In this document: positions 1-12,935 of the stretch, piece by piece
Numbering within the stretch: the stretch's first letter is position 1
Layout of the letters: every line of letters starts with the position of its first letter
Assembly: GCA_002269645.1 (NCBI GenBank)
Contig: NIVC01000875.1
Span: forward strand, 62,001-126,000
DNA: 64,000 nt
Reading direction: 5' to 3'
DNA from: Macrostomum lignano
Taxonomy: Eukaryota
Program-made: the position numbers and the translations under genes
The notes under the pieces: model-generated
Told to the model about the DNA's origin: nothing
The model's input: only the letters and a program-made list of their open reading frames with translations
The model's database searches: none

Positions 1-289
1 AACAGAAGCAACACCGTAGCACTGATCTCGCATATACTCACTTTAAAGTCCTCATATTCATCTCTAGAAAAACGACAATTAACAAACGTTAAACATAAAA
101 CTTTGTAGAACATACCGAATTCCTATAAAATGTTATATCTTTGAACACATTTTCCTACTTTTAAGTAGAATATTGTGTACCAAACACGAATTTAGCTATG
201 AGTCACATGCGAAAGTATTAAAAAAACTTCACCTATAAAAAGAGGTGAAGCAACTCTGCGATTCTTGGGCTTCGCCAAAAAGTATAGCA

Positions 290-1166
290 ATGCCTTGTCT
301 GAGCACTCGCTACTCCCTGCTCATCGCCTGCTCTGCTCTCCTGCTGACCTGTGCGGTCCGTGGCAGAGAGTTCCAAGTTTCCTACATTGGCTGCTTTGTT
401 GACGAGTCTGACAGGGACCTGAATGGGCTGACGGGAATCGACAGAGTCGGTGTTTTTGCCGTTGGCAATCAGCGCACAGAAAACTCGAACATGACTGTCG
501 AGTTCTGCGGTGGCTTCTGCTCTCTGGGAGGCTTCCCGTACTTTGGAGTGCAGGACAAGATGCAGTGCTTTTGCGGCAGTTCCTACGGTCGTTTCGGAAT
601 ATCTAATGAAGCCGATTGCAATTATCCTTGCTCGGGAAACTCGAGTCAGGTGTGCGGAGGCCGTTGGCGCAACTCGGTGTTCTCTCTGACCTATCCTAGT
701 GAGTGTCCAATGGATGTCATCTAGGGTTGATAAAGGTTGACTGTAAACCAATGTTTCATGTTCCTTTTTAAATGATCTAACATTAAATTGGACAAAAAAC
801 TGCCTCTTGTGTAAAATTTAAAACTGCCTCTGCATTCAGAAAAATTATTCTCTTTAGAAAGGTAGATCTATGCATTGACATAAATACTTTGTTGTCACGT
901 GTCCTGCTGTCAACATTCATTTTATTCCAGAGCGGCGCTGCTTCAAGCAGTCGCAGATGCCCAGCCTCAACGTTTCGTCGACTCTACCGACCTCCTGGAG
1001 CATCGCCGCCCAAACAGCTCTGGACTGCCTGATCCCGTGCGAGGCTTCAGCTGACTGCCAGGCTGTGATTTTCTCTGGCCAGCAGCGCCTGTGCCACCTG
1101 TTGAGGTTCGCCTACCCGCCTGCCAGTCTGAGTATCACCGATGGAGACTACTTCGTGCGTGGATGA
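290..1166 (+). CDS. Secreted WSC + PAN/Apple domain protein, copy 1 (type A); exons 290-698 and 931-1166, ~214 aa
   Basis: Hydrophobic signal peptide, then a WSC pattern (YIGCF.D...C..FC....YFG.Q...CFC......C..PC.G.....CGG). Donor a|GTGAGT at 699 and acceptor ttccAG| at 930 join in phase 1 into KRRCFKQSQMPS...CLIPCEASADCQAVIF...CHLL (PAN-like Cys spacing). TATA-like tataaaa at ~234. Confidence 0.85.
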
Positions 1167-2394
1167 AGTGCTGACTGATTGACCGATTGACATCACTTAT
1201 CAAAACCGGATTTTCTTAGACAAGCTTTAAACATATTTTAAACTATACGAGCGTAGAAATTTAGTGGCTTTGCTTGTTGTGGCTAACTGTTCTGCAATCA
1301 AGTAGAATAAATAGATTATAAAATTAAAGAGAAATAAAAAATTAATTCAGAAAACAATTTGGTGATTATTAGAAATGTAAGAACTTCATAGCTGTATGTT
1401 AAGCCTAATTGGCGTGTAGAGTATACTTCATTTCGCGATTTTCAGCCTAAAATATACTGAGTGACAGTTCGTCAGCCGTCATAAGTTCCTTTGGATGGAA
1501 AGGGCATTCGCAGAGTGAGATTGTGTGTGACTGGCTCAACCGATACACCAGGATACTAAGTGCTGGAAGTTGCGCTATTTACACGCAAAATCGGTACAGT
1601 AGGTTGAGAAGCCGTCTCCCTATAGAGCGCGAGCAGGTGCTTTGTGCAGCTTGTCTGTCTGCATTAAATTTGCCAGTGCTGAAGAGAATCAGAAGCATCT
1701 GTGTTCGCGCGGCTCATGCTAGAATGCTAATTGCCAGTGGGAATATCCAAGTCTATGCAATTGTTTTTAGTCCCAACAGTGGTTGCCATCCAACACTAGG
1801 AAACTATTGAGAATCAGGCCTTTGTTTTTCCTGATAAGCATTCATTTTTAGACACGTTGAGGAGAAACTTAAGTGGAAGATGTGCAAGTTCATATTTTAA
1901 CTACCTCTCATTTGGGAAGCTATTCAGCTGAGCACAGTATACTTAACACGTCTTCTTTTCTGCCAATCCGGATTCTCAATTTAGAAATTTTGCGCTTTGG
2001 TATGCAAGAAAGACGACTGGCATATCACTGCAGCTCTTTGAGTTCCACCACGCATTCAATAATTTCCATTGAAAGCAAAAATGGTTAAATTTCTATTTCG
2101 ACTCAAAACCACGGGGTACATTGTGAAAATGATGGATTGTGAGTAAAAATTATTGGCGGCTCTAAAAGACAACTGCACCATTTGGTGATAGACAATATGA
2201 GCAGCAAATGTATGCTCATCGAGGCTGCCAATTCGAGTTGAGATTTTCTCTATTAAATCAAGACTTCAGTGCGCAGCATCTGGATGCCCCAACTATGCCT
2301 TACAAGTGCCCTCTTGACGACACCCGATTTTATCTATTTCCGTCTAACCGTGAGACTTAAGTAGTCAATAAACATTCAGAACGAGAAGCGCGCC

Positions 2395-2860
2395 TATATT
2401 AGGGCTGGCTGCTTTGCAAGCTATCCTAATCCGCGCGTACAAGTGCGAGAAGTGTCAGCAGGCGTTGAAAGGCGATGGTTTGGACGAGACGCCCCTCTTA
2501 AACCTGATGAATCGGCAAGGTGGAACAGGAAGCCTGATCGATAATACCCAATAACGCAGTCATATCTGCAGTCTGTCAGATGGAGCGCACCTTCATGACA
2601 GCAGAGCTGTTCGTTCTGATGTGGGATGAGTCAAAAACGAGAATGTGAAACGTTAAAACGACATTCACGAGAAGAGCACGAATCACATTGAGTGCTGGTA
2701 AAAAGGGCGATGGCCAAGTTTTTGTCAGACTTTTTCTGCATCACTGATGCAACAGGCAGAGGGCACTCGCTCAGCAGAGAAAACAAGGGCACACGATAAA
2801 AAGAAAGACAACTGGGGAACAGAAGAAGCTGATGCAAATAAACGCTATTTACTGGGTGTC
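2395..2860 (+). mobile_element. Degenerate DNA-transposon remnant, possibly the C-terminus of a P/THAP9-like transposase (second copy at 19655-20080)
   Basis: Frameshifted translation YI.GWLLCKL...KCEKCQQAL....LLNLMNRQGG...LI.PN.AVI..VCQMERTF resembles the C-terminal region of P-type transposases (motif recalled, not searched). Near-identical sequence recurs at ~19.66-20.08 kb. Confidence 0.4.
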
Positions 2861-2885
2861 TTCAAGATGAGATCTTTTTACCCTC

Positions 2886-3771
2886 ATGTATAAATTTGGA
2901 GAACGTGGGCAGGAACATGTGAAACAACTGATGAAGAGAGACGGAATTCTTTTTGGTCGCGACAGTGAGGGCCGTGAGTATGCTACCTGCCTCATCTGCC
3001 GTCGTGGTCGATTTCCTCTGAAGCGCGGTGCTACCTCTGATTACAAGCAAGTCCGTATGTGCGATGTCGGAATTCTGAAGCGGTACAAGGACGCCATTCC
3101 GGCTGCTACCAAGGATAACAGTTTTTCCCGAGACCGCTCGAGGGAAAGGGATTTTCTGTGCTGGTCAATCGTGGGACGAATTATTGGAACAATTTCATGA
3201 AAACCATGAGTGCGAAGGCTGGATTGCACAAGCAATACACGAACCACTGTATCCTGTAATTATTAACGTTTAATTTACCTGGCTGTGATTAATTTTAGGC
3301 AGTGAGTTCATGTTTCATTTAATTTCATTTCATTTATGCTTCATTTACGAGCGTACATGTATTTTTCTCACAGGTTGACAAGAATTTGCGACCTGCATGC
3401 GCTTGGCTACCAGTGTCAGTGACATCATGTCCGTGACGGGACACAAGTGTGAAAAGAGTGTGCGCGGCTACCTGAGGGTTCAGAGGGATCCAAGCCTGTA
3501 TCGCGCTTCGATGGCCGTGCAGGATGCACTTCGCATTGTTCCGGCATCACAGTTGAGCACCAGCTTGGTACCAGACAGTCAGTCTGTACAGAATGCAGTG
3601 AGTGTCAGTCAGTTAACACAGTCGCCATCTCTACTAGTGGAAGATCCTCAGCGCCAGGTTTCATTCAGTGACAGTTCAATTGTCGGTCATGCCAGGTCCA
3701 GCATGGATGGGTTCAAGTTCTCAGGATGCCAATTCACAAGCTGCACGTTTATTATTCAGCCGAAAGAATGA
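2886..3771 (+). pseudogene. Crypton-type (DUF3504-like) tyrosine recombinase remnant, frameshifted, with a probable intron at ~3256-3373
   Basis: FGERGQEHVKQL...D.EGREY; RMCDVGILKRY; VGRN..NNFMKTMSAKAGLHKQYTNHCI; then DIMSVTGHKCEKSVRGY (H-x-x-(R)...H...Y recombinase tail); ends FSGCQFTSCTFII. Frameshifts are needed near 3180 and 3410. Confidence 0.7.
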
Positions 3772-3954
3772 GTTTTATGACATCTGTGCTTTGTGGCACT
3801 ACAAACTATACGCAAATTGGTCTGAACCCATGATAGCCCTTCATTACGTTTCTGTTTTTATTGAGTGTAGGTAATGTTGTACTTAATTTGAGTGTCGTTT
3901 AAGTATGACATCGTATGCTGCTTTTTCAGATTTTGTTTTGTCCCTTGCGTGTCC

Positions 3955-4336
3955 AATTCCGGTTTCGTCTATGTTCTATGTCGATGCGACCTTGGTTCCG
4001 GAAATGGAAATAAAAAACGACTAGTGAGCATCAATGGGCAGAGGTAAGAAGCCAGAGAGAGAGAGGGAGAGAGGGAGAGAGAGGGAGAGCCTCCAATCCC
4101 GAGGGCGCTGACACAGCAAAGCAACAAGACAAACAAAAAAGCTAAGAAGTGCTAGTTGCCGATATTTCGAATATGAAATTCTTCATCAAAGCAAAAAGTG
4201 CGAAGGAGTATAATTATTAAGGTGAGAAGCCGACTAATGAATATACCCGAAAAGTGGTTCTATGTCGATGCGACCTTGGTTCTGGACATGGAAATAAAAA
4301 ACGCCAGTGAACATCAATGGGCAGAGGTAAGAAGCC

Positions 4337-4345
<9 letters not shown>
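3955..4345 (+). repeat. ~115 bp direct repeat (3962-4075 and 4257-4345), each copy running into a GA tract
   Basis: ttctatgtcgatgcgaccttggtt...gggcagaggtaagaagccaga occurs twice. Confidence 0.8.

Positions 4346-4425
<80 letters not shown>
4341..4425 (+). repeat. (GA)n microsatellite
   Basis: Near-perfect AG dinucleotide run. Confidence 0.95.
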
Positions 4426-4934
4426 TCAGAGGTTTGGGTGCCGATCGATGGAAGCAAGCGCTTGTCAGCATGAGAGGCTCAACTACAATTGTCATTCTCA
4501 CTACACCACCTCTTTTGGCGCCATCCACATTGCAGAGTAGACAGTAGAGCAAGTTTCCTTGCTGAGCAGAAAAAACTGGAAAAATTGTAAAGGCTCTTTT
4601 AGGCGTATTCAAAAAACCGAGAAGAAGCTCAAGCCGTCACGGGTGAATTCACCAGCAAAAACGCAGAAACGGCCGCTGGGAAAAACAGCGCTGCAAGACA
4701 CATGCCCCCAGCTTTTTCTAAAAAAACCCACGCATCATAGAAAAGCTTTAATCTTTTCAGAATGCGAAATTCTTCCCAGATGAGTCAGGTACATTAGTGT
4801 TAATGAGAGAAGACAAACTATACTTACTGTAGGTTCTACTACTAAAAGTAGCTCATCCGGTGTCTCACCAGTTGCGCATTTAACAAGAAAATACAAACCG
4901 CCAATACATTTTTTGCTTTAAACTATCGGTAAGT

Positions 4935-5200
4935 TAAGGTATTGATGTTTGCAACACAAATGCACAAAATTCCTAAAGTTAAATGAAGATTGGCAGACAA
5001 GAAGTCGCAATGGAACAGCTGTGCTAAGTTGAATAGCTCCCTACTCCCGATGCAGTTTGGGAGCTACATGTAGGATTGCTGAGCATATTGAGAACTGGAG
5101 ATGCGATACAGTGGGTAGTCAAAATAATTAGCTAGCACACCTCCCACTACAGTTTCTACTCAATGGGTCTCTTAAGTAAAATGAATACCTGTCAATAAAA
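4935..5200 (+). repeat. ~260 bp dispersed repeat, second copy at 17692-17930
   Basis: aaggtattgatgtttgc...gaagattggcagacaagaagtcg...aatacctgtcaataaaat is present at both loci. Confidence 0.8.
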
Positions 5201-5876
5201 TCGGAGGCCTGTCTTTCCACAGTTTGCTGATACTGGATGCCAAACCCTGTTGGGACTAAAAACAATTGCATCACACCTGTTCCCACTGGCAATCAAAATG
5301 ATAGCGGGAGCCGCGCAAACACAGCTGCAACTGATTCTCTTTAATACTGGCATCCTGATACAGACAGCCAGGCTGCACAAAGTACACGCACGAACTAGAG
5401 ACGGAGATGGTTTCTGAACCTACGATAGAAAAATATTGTTGAATCTCCTTGCGTATCGATTGAGCTAGTCGTACACAATCCCACTCTGTGAATGTCGGTT
5501 CAATCCAGCAGATTAAGGTACTATTCTACAAAAATTAATCCTTAACATGCAGCTGTAAGATCCGACATCTCTAATAGTGGGAAATTCTTAGGCTGTTCAA
5601 ATTCGAATGCATCTCCTTTTCTTAGCTTCTTTCTAGCTGATCTTCATGGGGCGTCTGGACTGAGAGCTAACAATAAAACGACTACAGTCTTTTTCATGTA
5701 TTAATTAATTAAAACATTACTTTTCTCTTTAAAACAAATTACTCAATAAATTGATGCTAGCACAGATATCTCCATAAAGTGAAGCTCCATTGTTTTCAAG
5801 CTAAAGATATGTTTTCAGATTCTCTATAAAAATCCGGTTTTGATAAACGATGCCAATCGATCAATCAGTCAGCAAT

Positions 5877-6932
5877 TCATCCACGCACGAAGTAGTCTCC
5901 ATCGGTGCTGCTCAGACTGGCAGGCGGGTAGGCGAACCTCAGCAGGTGGCACAGACGCTGCTGGCCAGAGAAAATCACAGCCTGGTAGTCAGCTGAGGCC
6001 TCGCACAGCATCAGGCAGTCCAGAGCTGTTTGGGCGGCGATGCTCCAGGAGATCGGCAGGGTCGACGAGACCGTGAGGCTGGGCATCTGCGACTGCTTGA
6101 AGCAGCTCCGCTCTGAAGCAAACAAACATGGCTAATTTTAGTGCAGGAAGCATCTCACTTGAACAGTAGCGTCCCGCATCTTAAGTTCAGTTTTTTGAAA
6201 GCTTCTAGAATATAATCCAAGTATAGGCTTCAAGACATCAAGCATAAACTCAGACTCAGTTAAACAGAAAGTTTCAACAATTTTAGCCGAACATTTTTAT
6301 TTTTCAGCGAAAGTCCGAAGGTCCGATTTAGGACATTTGCCGTTCAGTTCCTGACTCGAGAAATCGCATGTAATATTTCAAGGGCTAAACAGTAACTGAT
6401 CGCTGATGTCTTGCTGTGATGAACTCGCGTTTCAATTCATCACTTGACTGCTTGAGCGGCTACAAGAATTGAGCCACCAATTCTGATTGAGTAAAATCTA
6501 AGTGCAAGAAAACTCACTCGGGTAGGTCAGAGCGAACACCGAATTTCGCCAAAGGCCTCCGCAGATCTGGCTGGAGTTTCCGTTACAAGGCATGTTGCAG
6601 TCGCTTTCCTTGGCAGGTCCCAGCGAGCCGAAGTCCCAGCTGCAGAAACAGGCCCATGTGTACTGCAACCCGAAGTACGGGAAGCCGCCAAGTGCGCAGA
6701 AGCTGCTGCAGAAGTCCCAACTCATGCTGCCGCTCGATACAAATGAGGTTGAAACGGAGATTTCGCCTACGCTTTCAATTCTCGATAAGCCTCTCATGTC
6801 CCTGGCGCTGTTGTCCATGAAGCAGCCAATGTAGGAGACTTGAATGGCTCGACCAGCGGTGACGTCAATGACGAGCAGGAGAGAGCAGCAGGCAGCTGCC
6901 AAGATTGCTTGGCGATAGCCAAGAAGAGACAT
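5877..6932 (-). CDS. Secreted WSC + PAN/Apple protein, copy 2 (type B); exons 6932-6518 and 6112-5877
   Basis: Start MSLLGY; signal peptide; WSC domain; GTGAGT donor and ttcAG acceptor in phase 1; 236-bp exon 2 as in copy 1. One PAN Cys is changed to Tyr (DYQ). Confidence 0.85.
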
Positions 6933-7117
6933 CTTGGTCTCTTCTTCTAGAGCAGAGAACTCTTTCGTCACTGATTTATATACTACAGCTTGATACGCTG
7001 CTTTTGGGCGTGAATCAAACCTTTTTCTTGAATTCCTTCATCTACTACTGCTCTGAGTAGTGCTGATCGCGTTTTCAAATTGAAATTGTCATTGGGTGTA
7101 TTCGAAGTACGCGCCTA

Positions 7118-7246
7118 CTTACTTACTTACTACTGACGGGGGGCGCAGGCGCCGCGAATAGGCCGCGAGGCCCCTACAGCAACCCCAGGTAAAAGAGCAC
7201 AAGGATTAACCTTGGGGTGCGGCCGGTCCCCGCCAGGTCCCCTGCA
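7118..7246 (-). mobile_element. Short 3' fragment of an RTE-like non-LTR retroelement with a (TAAG)n tail, flanked by ~220 bp direct repeats
   Basis: GC-rich ~130 bp insert ending tagtaagtaagtaag on the minus strand. It lies between duplicated segments ~6896-7117 and ~7242-7463. Confidence 0.55.
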
Positions 7247-8669
7247 AAGATTGCTCGGCGATAGCCAAGAGAAGACATCTTGGTCTCTTCTTCTAGAGCA
7301 GAGAACTCTTTCGTCACTGATTTATATACTACAACCTGATACGCTGCTTTTGGGCGTGAATCAAACCCTTTTCTTAAATTCCTTCATCTACTACTGCTCT
7401 GAGTAGTGCTGATCGCGTGTCCAAATTGAAATTGTCATTGGGTGTATTCGAAGTACGCGCCTAACCAGAAATATTTCATTGATAAATATTTTTGCACTTG
7501 TTATTAACTTGAAGCTAAACCTAAGCACAAGCATTAAGCATTATATAATAAGCATTACCCCAGCCCACAAATATCTGTCGACTGATAAATACAAAGATCT
7601 CACGCTAGAAGTTGATCACACCCAAGCATTTGTGACCAAAGTAAACATGGGAAACAATTTCACTGGATGAGTTCTTCAGCTTCTTTTTAGAACGACAAGC
7701 CGGCGTCTCAGCACAATCTTTTCATGTGGCCGAGCAGATCTGACTGGAGAAGACCAAAGAAGCCAGATCCAGTATTACCATGTATGTCAAATGATGCGAT
7801 AAACCGAGTAATGCTGGAGAGTGCACCTGTGACGACGAGAAAAAAGGCCGATTGGGGCATGACTGTTTTAACGGCGTGGCAGGTGATCAGCAGACTGTTC
7901 GGGTCGCTATGGTCATTCAGGAGATGGCTGGTGAACCAAGAGGTAAGAAAATGAGGATTGAAGCCGATGGAGCAAGCAACAAAGCTGTGTTTCCTTAACT
8001 AAAAAGTTTTAATTTGCCATAAAATGTTAAAATTAACTTAACTTTGCGGTTCTGTTGCTTCTTAGCCCATTCTTAGCCCAACGATTCAAATAAAAAAACT
8101 TTGGTGCTCTATGTCGAGTCGTAAGTTTCGTACTTGTAAAGTTACTACTCAATAATATGCCTCTTAAGATACGGAATTTCAAGAAAACCGTGGCCTCCCA
8201 TTCCATAGTTTGCTAATTGTGGATGACAAACACTGTTGGAACTAAAACTTTGGATAGCGTAATTCACTATTGGGTTCCATTTTTGTGCTTCACATAAGCT
8301 CGTACTAAAATGAATGTCTTTATTTTGTTATGCTTCACTGGAGCGGACAAACTTACACAGTGGCAATGCAATTTCATCTACTTCGCCGAATATTGTCTAT
8401 TTTGACTTTAGATAGCCGGCGTACCTATATTGATTTTCAGGTGCTTTTTAACGTATTAAAAATTGCTATGAAAACTATTAGAACTATAAAAAAGTATTAA
8501 AACTTTTCGCCAAAACAGGTGATTCAATAATCATCAATGATTCCATAATTATCACACAGATAGCCCCATAAAGTGAAGCCCCGTTGTTTTCAAGCTTAAA
8601 AAATGTTTTCACATTCTCTAAAAAATCTAATTTTGATAAATAATGCCAATCCGTCAATCAGTCAGCACT

Positions 8670-8905
8670 TCATCCGCTTACAAAGTAGTCTCCATCAGTG
8701 CTGCTCAGACTGGCAGGCGGGTAGGCGAACCTCAGCAGGTGGCACAGACGCTGCTGGCCAGAGAAAATCACAGCCTGGCAGTCAGCTGAGGCCTCGCACA
8801 GCATCAGGCAGTCCAGAGCTGTTTGGGCGGCGATGCTCCAGGAGGTCGGCAGGTTCGACGAGACGTTGAGGCTGGGCATCTGCGACTGCTTGAAGCCGCT
8901 CCGCT
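8670..8905 (-). pseudogene. Orphan PAN exon 2 of the WSC-PAN family
   Basis: Complete 236-bp exon 2 with the family 3' flank. The acceptor AG is replaced by TG, the upstream sequence is non-homologous, and no WSC exon is nearby. Confidence 0.8.
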
Positions 8906-11629
8906 CAGTTTCAGTCGTTGTTGATATTTTGACCAATGGCGATGTACATGTAGCGACACTGGACGTTATTCTTCCGAAATTGCCTATTACGTGCCGTTGC
9001 AATTTTATACATGTGCTTAGTCAATGCAAACGGAGTCTGCGACATTGATATCAGTGCGCTTGCACTGCAGGTACGAGCTAAGTTGTGTTGACTCGCATCA
9101 GTGCAGTACTTGCCTACTTGTGTGCGAATTATGTTGGGTTAGCTGTTTCGCACCCACCACCTAATTGACTGATATGGCTTATTGGCTTTCGTTCATTAGA
9201 TAGAGATCAGTGACTGTTTCTGGTTACACATAAAATTTGCACTAAGTTTTTCTCTGGAAATTTCTCAGGATTCTGTCGTGCATGTATCCGCAGATGGAGA
9301 GAAATTATCATGTCTAATGTATAAGTTGAATTACTCCAAGAAAATTTGTATCGTCTATTAACGCATTATTATACTGTTCTGCTCTGCATAAGTTGAATAG
9401 GCGAGTTGCTTTCTTCTTTCACCGCGTTTTTTTACCAAAGGTTATGCTCGTCAACTGTGTTAACCGTGTTAACTGCGTAATATGGCGCTACCAGGATTCT
9501 GTAACGCCTGCCAACGTTGTTCCTATTGATGGGTTTCGACCTTCGGGCTCCTTGTTAGGGAAGCCTTCGGGCCTCAGGCTCAGAAATAAATCAATTAGAG
9601 ACCTGGCCCCCCACTCCTGTCAGATGGTCAGCCCCATGGTAGCTTGATCGTGTGGCGAGCAGTCTAGGTCCTATAGCTAAGAGAGGGACAGCGAGAGACG
9701 AGCAGGGAGAATTTTGAAAGTAGAAATTAGCTAATCCGCAGATCAACTAACTTGCTGCCACCAGCCCGTGCGCCCTGGCTCACCACACCGGGACTCTCGA
9801 AATCGGGCTTCCGATTAGAAGGGGCTTTGCACTTACCTGCCAACTAGTGTCTTTTTGCTGTCAATCTCGAAGTCATAGCCGATGATAAGGGACACTGCTG
9901 GGACTAGATCGCATTGGCCATGCAGGTACAGAGGGGACTTGTGCAGGGGATTCTTGCGGTGGCGAGTCTATGGGGTAGCTACATGTACTATTACATTGCT
10001 AAATACGAAGATATGTACTTTTGGCCTTCAACGCGCCAACTAGCCTCTCATAGCGCTGATGATAGGCTAACTCGAACTTCAGAGACCGCATGATTCATTT
10101 ACCCGAGCCGCTTGGCTACCCTAGAGTGCACAAAGTACATCTCTGGCGCCGATCCTGCACTTCTGGCAGTTTTGCTCACTGATTTGATAGATTGGTCGAC
10201 TGAGAACTGCCTTGCCATTGGTCCACTGTGACCGGCGCCTACTAGCTTAGCTACTCATCTGAGCCATCGGCGAACAAAGAAATAAAACTGATAAAAATAA
10301 CTGTTAGATTTAACCTTCTCCTTAGTTCACTTCACACTTCAGATTGAATTGGAGTCTTAGACTACTAGCAGTATTATTGAATGTCTTCTGCCTCAGTAAC
10401 AGCACTACTGAACAAAATGAGCAAAAGTGTGCGCCTAATTCAGCTACTGCAACAGGGGACAGATAAGGGATCACCCAATCAAGCAAGTCCAGGTAGCCTC
10501 TCACCCAACCAATCAGAAACTCAACAGCCGGAGACCAGGTAATCCACAGTGACCGAATCGGCTCGATGCTCTGCAGCTGTAGACTCGGGATGATGCTGTC
10601 ACAATCTTCGCTGTTAGCTAGCAGGTGATGCTCTTAACTTGATGTTCGCTGCTGATGACCGGGGGACTCGTCCTTGATGATGATGGGGGGAAGTCGCAAT
10701 CCGGGGATCAAGAAACGACGGTCAGTTCCGGGCCGGTGGAGTAGGAACCAGGCCAGAGTCGGAACAGATGCACGGGGGCCCGGGGTGAGGTCCGAGCGGG
10801 CCAAAAACACCGGTTTAAATAGCCGCCAACTGGACCGCAGTTTGTTATAATGGAACACGTCGATTCTGATTGGCTGAGCCGTTTTGTTAAAATGAGCGCC
10901 GAATTTTCTGATTGGCTAAGCTTGTTGCTACCCAGAATCACGTGACCGGGAGATCCTATCAGTTCCCACAGGGTCGTAAAAAGATGACAGGTGCGGCCAT
11001 AAATCACTCAAAATCGCAACAAAATGATTTATGACTTTTCGCGTAGGATTGACAGAAATTAATGAAAAAATATACATTAGAAAGCTCTTATTAAATAGAA
11101 AGTGAAGATAATGAAGATAAACTGCTAATCACTAATCCCAAGGTACTTTTAGGGGTAAAACGCATAGCTGTCAAAGCTGTCACACGCTTGAGTGAACACG
11201 AACAATAGACTCTGACCTCATAAATCTTGATGGCCTGTCAAAATGATGAGAAAAAAAGCTACCGCCCGCATCCTCTCAGACCATCTGGCGCCCGCCTCAA
11301 CACTGAGTGAGGCGCAGGTGGCTGTCAGACCAGTTTCGAAAGCGATGATTTATGACCCAAAAAGCTGCGCCTATGTTATTATGACTACTAGTATGACCAG
11401 ACATTATATCTAGTATAGATTCTATGAAAATTCGCAGAAAAAGGATAAAAATGCCCATTGCCCACTGTTAGTAGGCAAGTAAATTTAGAGCCCATGTGCT
11501 AGCGCGGGATTTGGGAAAAAGTGCGTCCTCATCACTATTTTTAATCCAACTTTAGAGTTTCTACTTTAGTACTCCAACTTTGAAGTTTCTAACTTGACTG
11601 CTCCAACTGTGGAGTTTCTACTTTGAATG

Positions 11630-12210
11630 CTCCAACTGTGGATCCGAGTGCAATAGTCGCTCATCACGTGTAGGAGCCTAGGTGATTCTGGTCATGCGAG
11701 TGCAGTTGTAGTGTAGTTGTAGTAGTGTCTGTTGCAGTGTCAGACACGTTTTCAGACATCATAGTTTTTATTGCTGTGCTAGACCTAATAAGCGTCTGTA
11801 GGAGTGTCGAACACACTTGCAGCCGTTATTGTGTCTGTAGCATTGTCAGGCACGCTTCCAGACATCTGCGGTACCTACGTTTCTCTCTGTACGGTATCTA
11901 CGTATCTCACTGTACGCTAGATACGGTATCTAGTGTGTTAGTGTATAGATTACCGTATACGCAGACGTATTAGTGTCAATAGCAGACACGCATGCAGACG
12001 TTGTAGTGTCATTTCTACCTTAGTGTTTTCTACCTTAAGTACTCCAACTTTGGATTCGAGTGCAATAGTCGCTAATCACGTGTAGGAGCCTAGGTGATTC
12101 TGGTCATGCGAGTGCAATTGTAGTGTAGTTGTAGTAGTGTCTGTTGCAGTGTTTTTTTGCAGACATCATCGTGTTTATTGCTGTGCTAGACCTGATAAGC
12201 GTCTGTAGGA
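11630..12210 (+). repeat. ~170-200 bp direct repeat pair (11630-11803 and 12040-12210), preceded by short ctccaact tandem units
   Basis: gagtgcaatagtcgct...gtgattctggtcatgcgagtgca...gcgtctgtagga occurs twice. Confidence 0.8.
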
Positions 12211-12935
12211 CATGACATGACAAGAGTTATGACATAATCAATTTCTCAGTCAGCCAGTATCAGTCTCAATTTAAGTTAGCAATATGGTTACGCAAATTCA
12301 ATCAAGTCGTGTGTGCATTTCTATTTTTAAGAATCCGACCCGATCCTGAAAGTAAAGCCCTTAGACTCTTGCGTGAGAAATTGCCACTGACAATTTGATA
12401 AGCGTAAACAAGGTAATTCATAGTCGAAGAGTGTGAGAGAATTTCCATTTTTGCCATCCTTTTGCATTTCAGGTCTTCTGCGTCTTCTGCGTCTTCTTCG
12501 TCATCGCCGTCACCCGTCCGCCCAGAATGTTCGACCAGATTCTCCAAGAACTCGAAATTGCCGGCAACGCCAGACAAGCTGAGAGAATGGCCATGTGCCC
12601 GGACGTCCCCATCATCCGGGCCGTTCTTGTTCCGGACGGGCATCCTGCTAGTTGCCTACGAACAGCTCTCTGCCCTTGTTTAGCCAGAGCCAGTTCACAC
12701 AGTGGCAGAACGTCAAATAGAGTCCGAATTTTTCGTGGAGAAAATTCGGCTCTGTATTTCCGTCCAGGAAATCGCTGTGCTCTCTTCGTGCATGGCCTGC
12801 CAGGAAACACGCAGCAGCACGTAGAAAGAATCCGGCAACAATTGCTTGCACCGGCAGACGTGCAAAACGGCCCGCCACCGGCAGACGTGCAAAACGGCCC
12901 TCCACCGGCAGACGTACCGGCAGAATCGGTTGGTA

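Noticed and set aside
233-751. Antisense ORFs over the WSC/PAN exons (also 5840-6076, 8603-8869, 15708-16109, 22425-22802)
   Set aside because: Shadow frames of GC-rich coding exons.
4198-4612. ERERER / SLSLSL ORFs
   Set aside because: Translations of the (GA)n microsatellite.
9390-10990. Possible LTR (minus-strand CCAAT and TATA motifs)
   Set aside because: No matching TG...CA ends with a TSD could be found.
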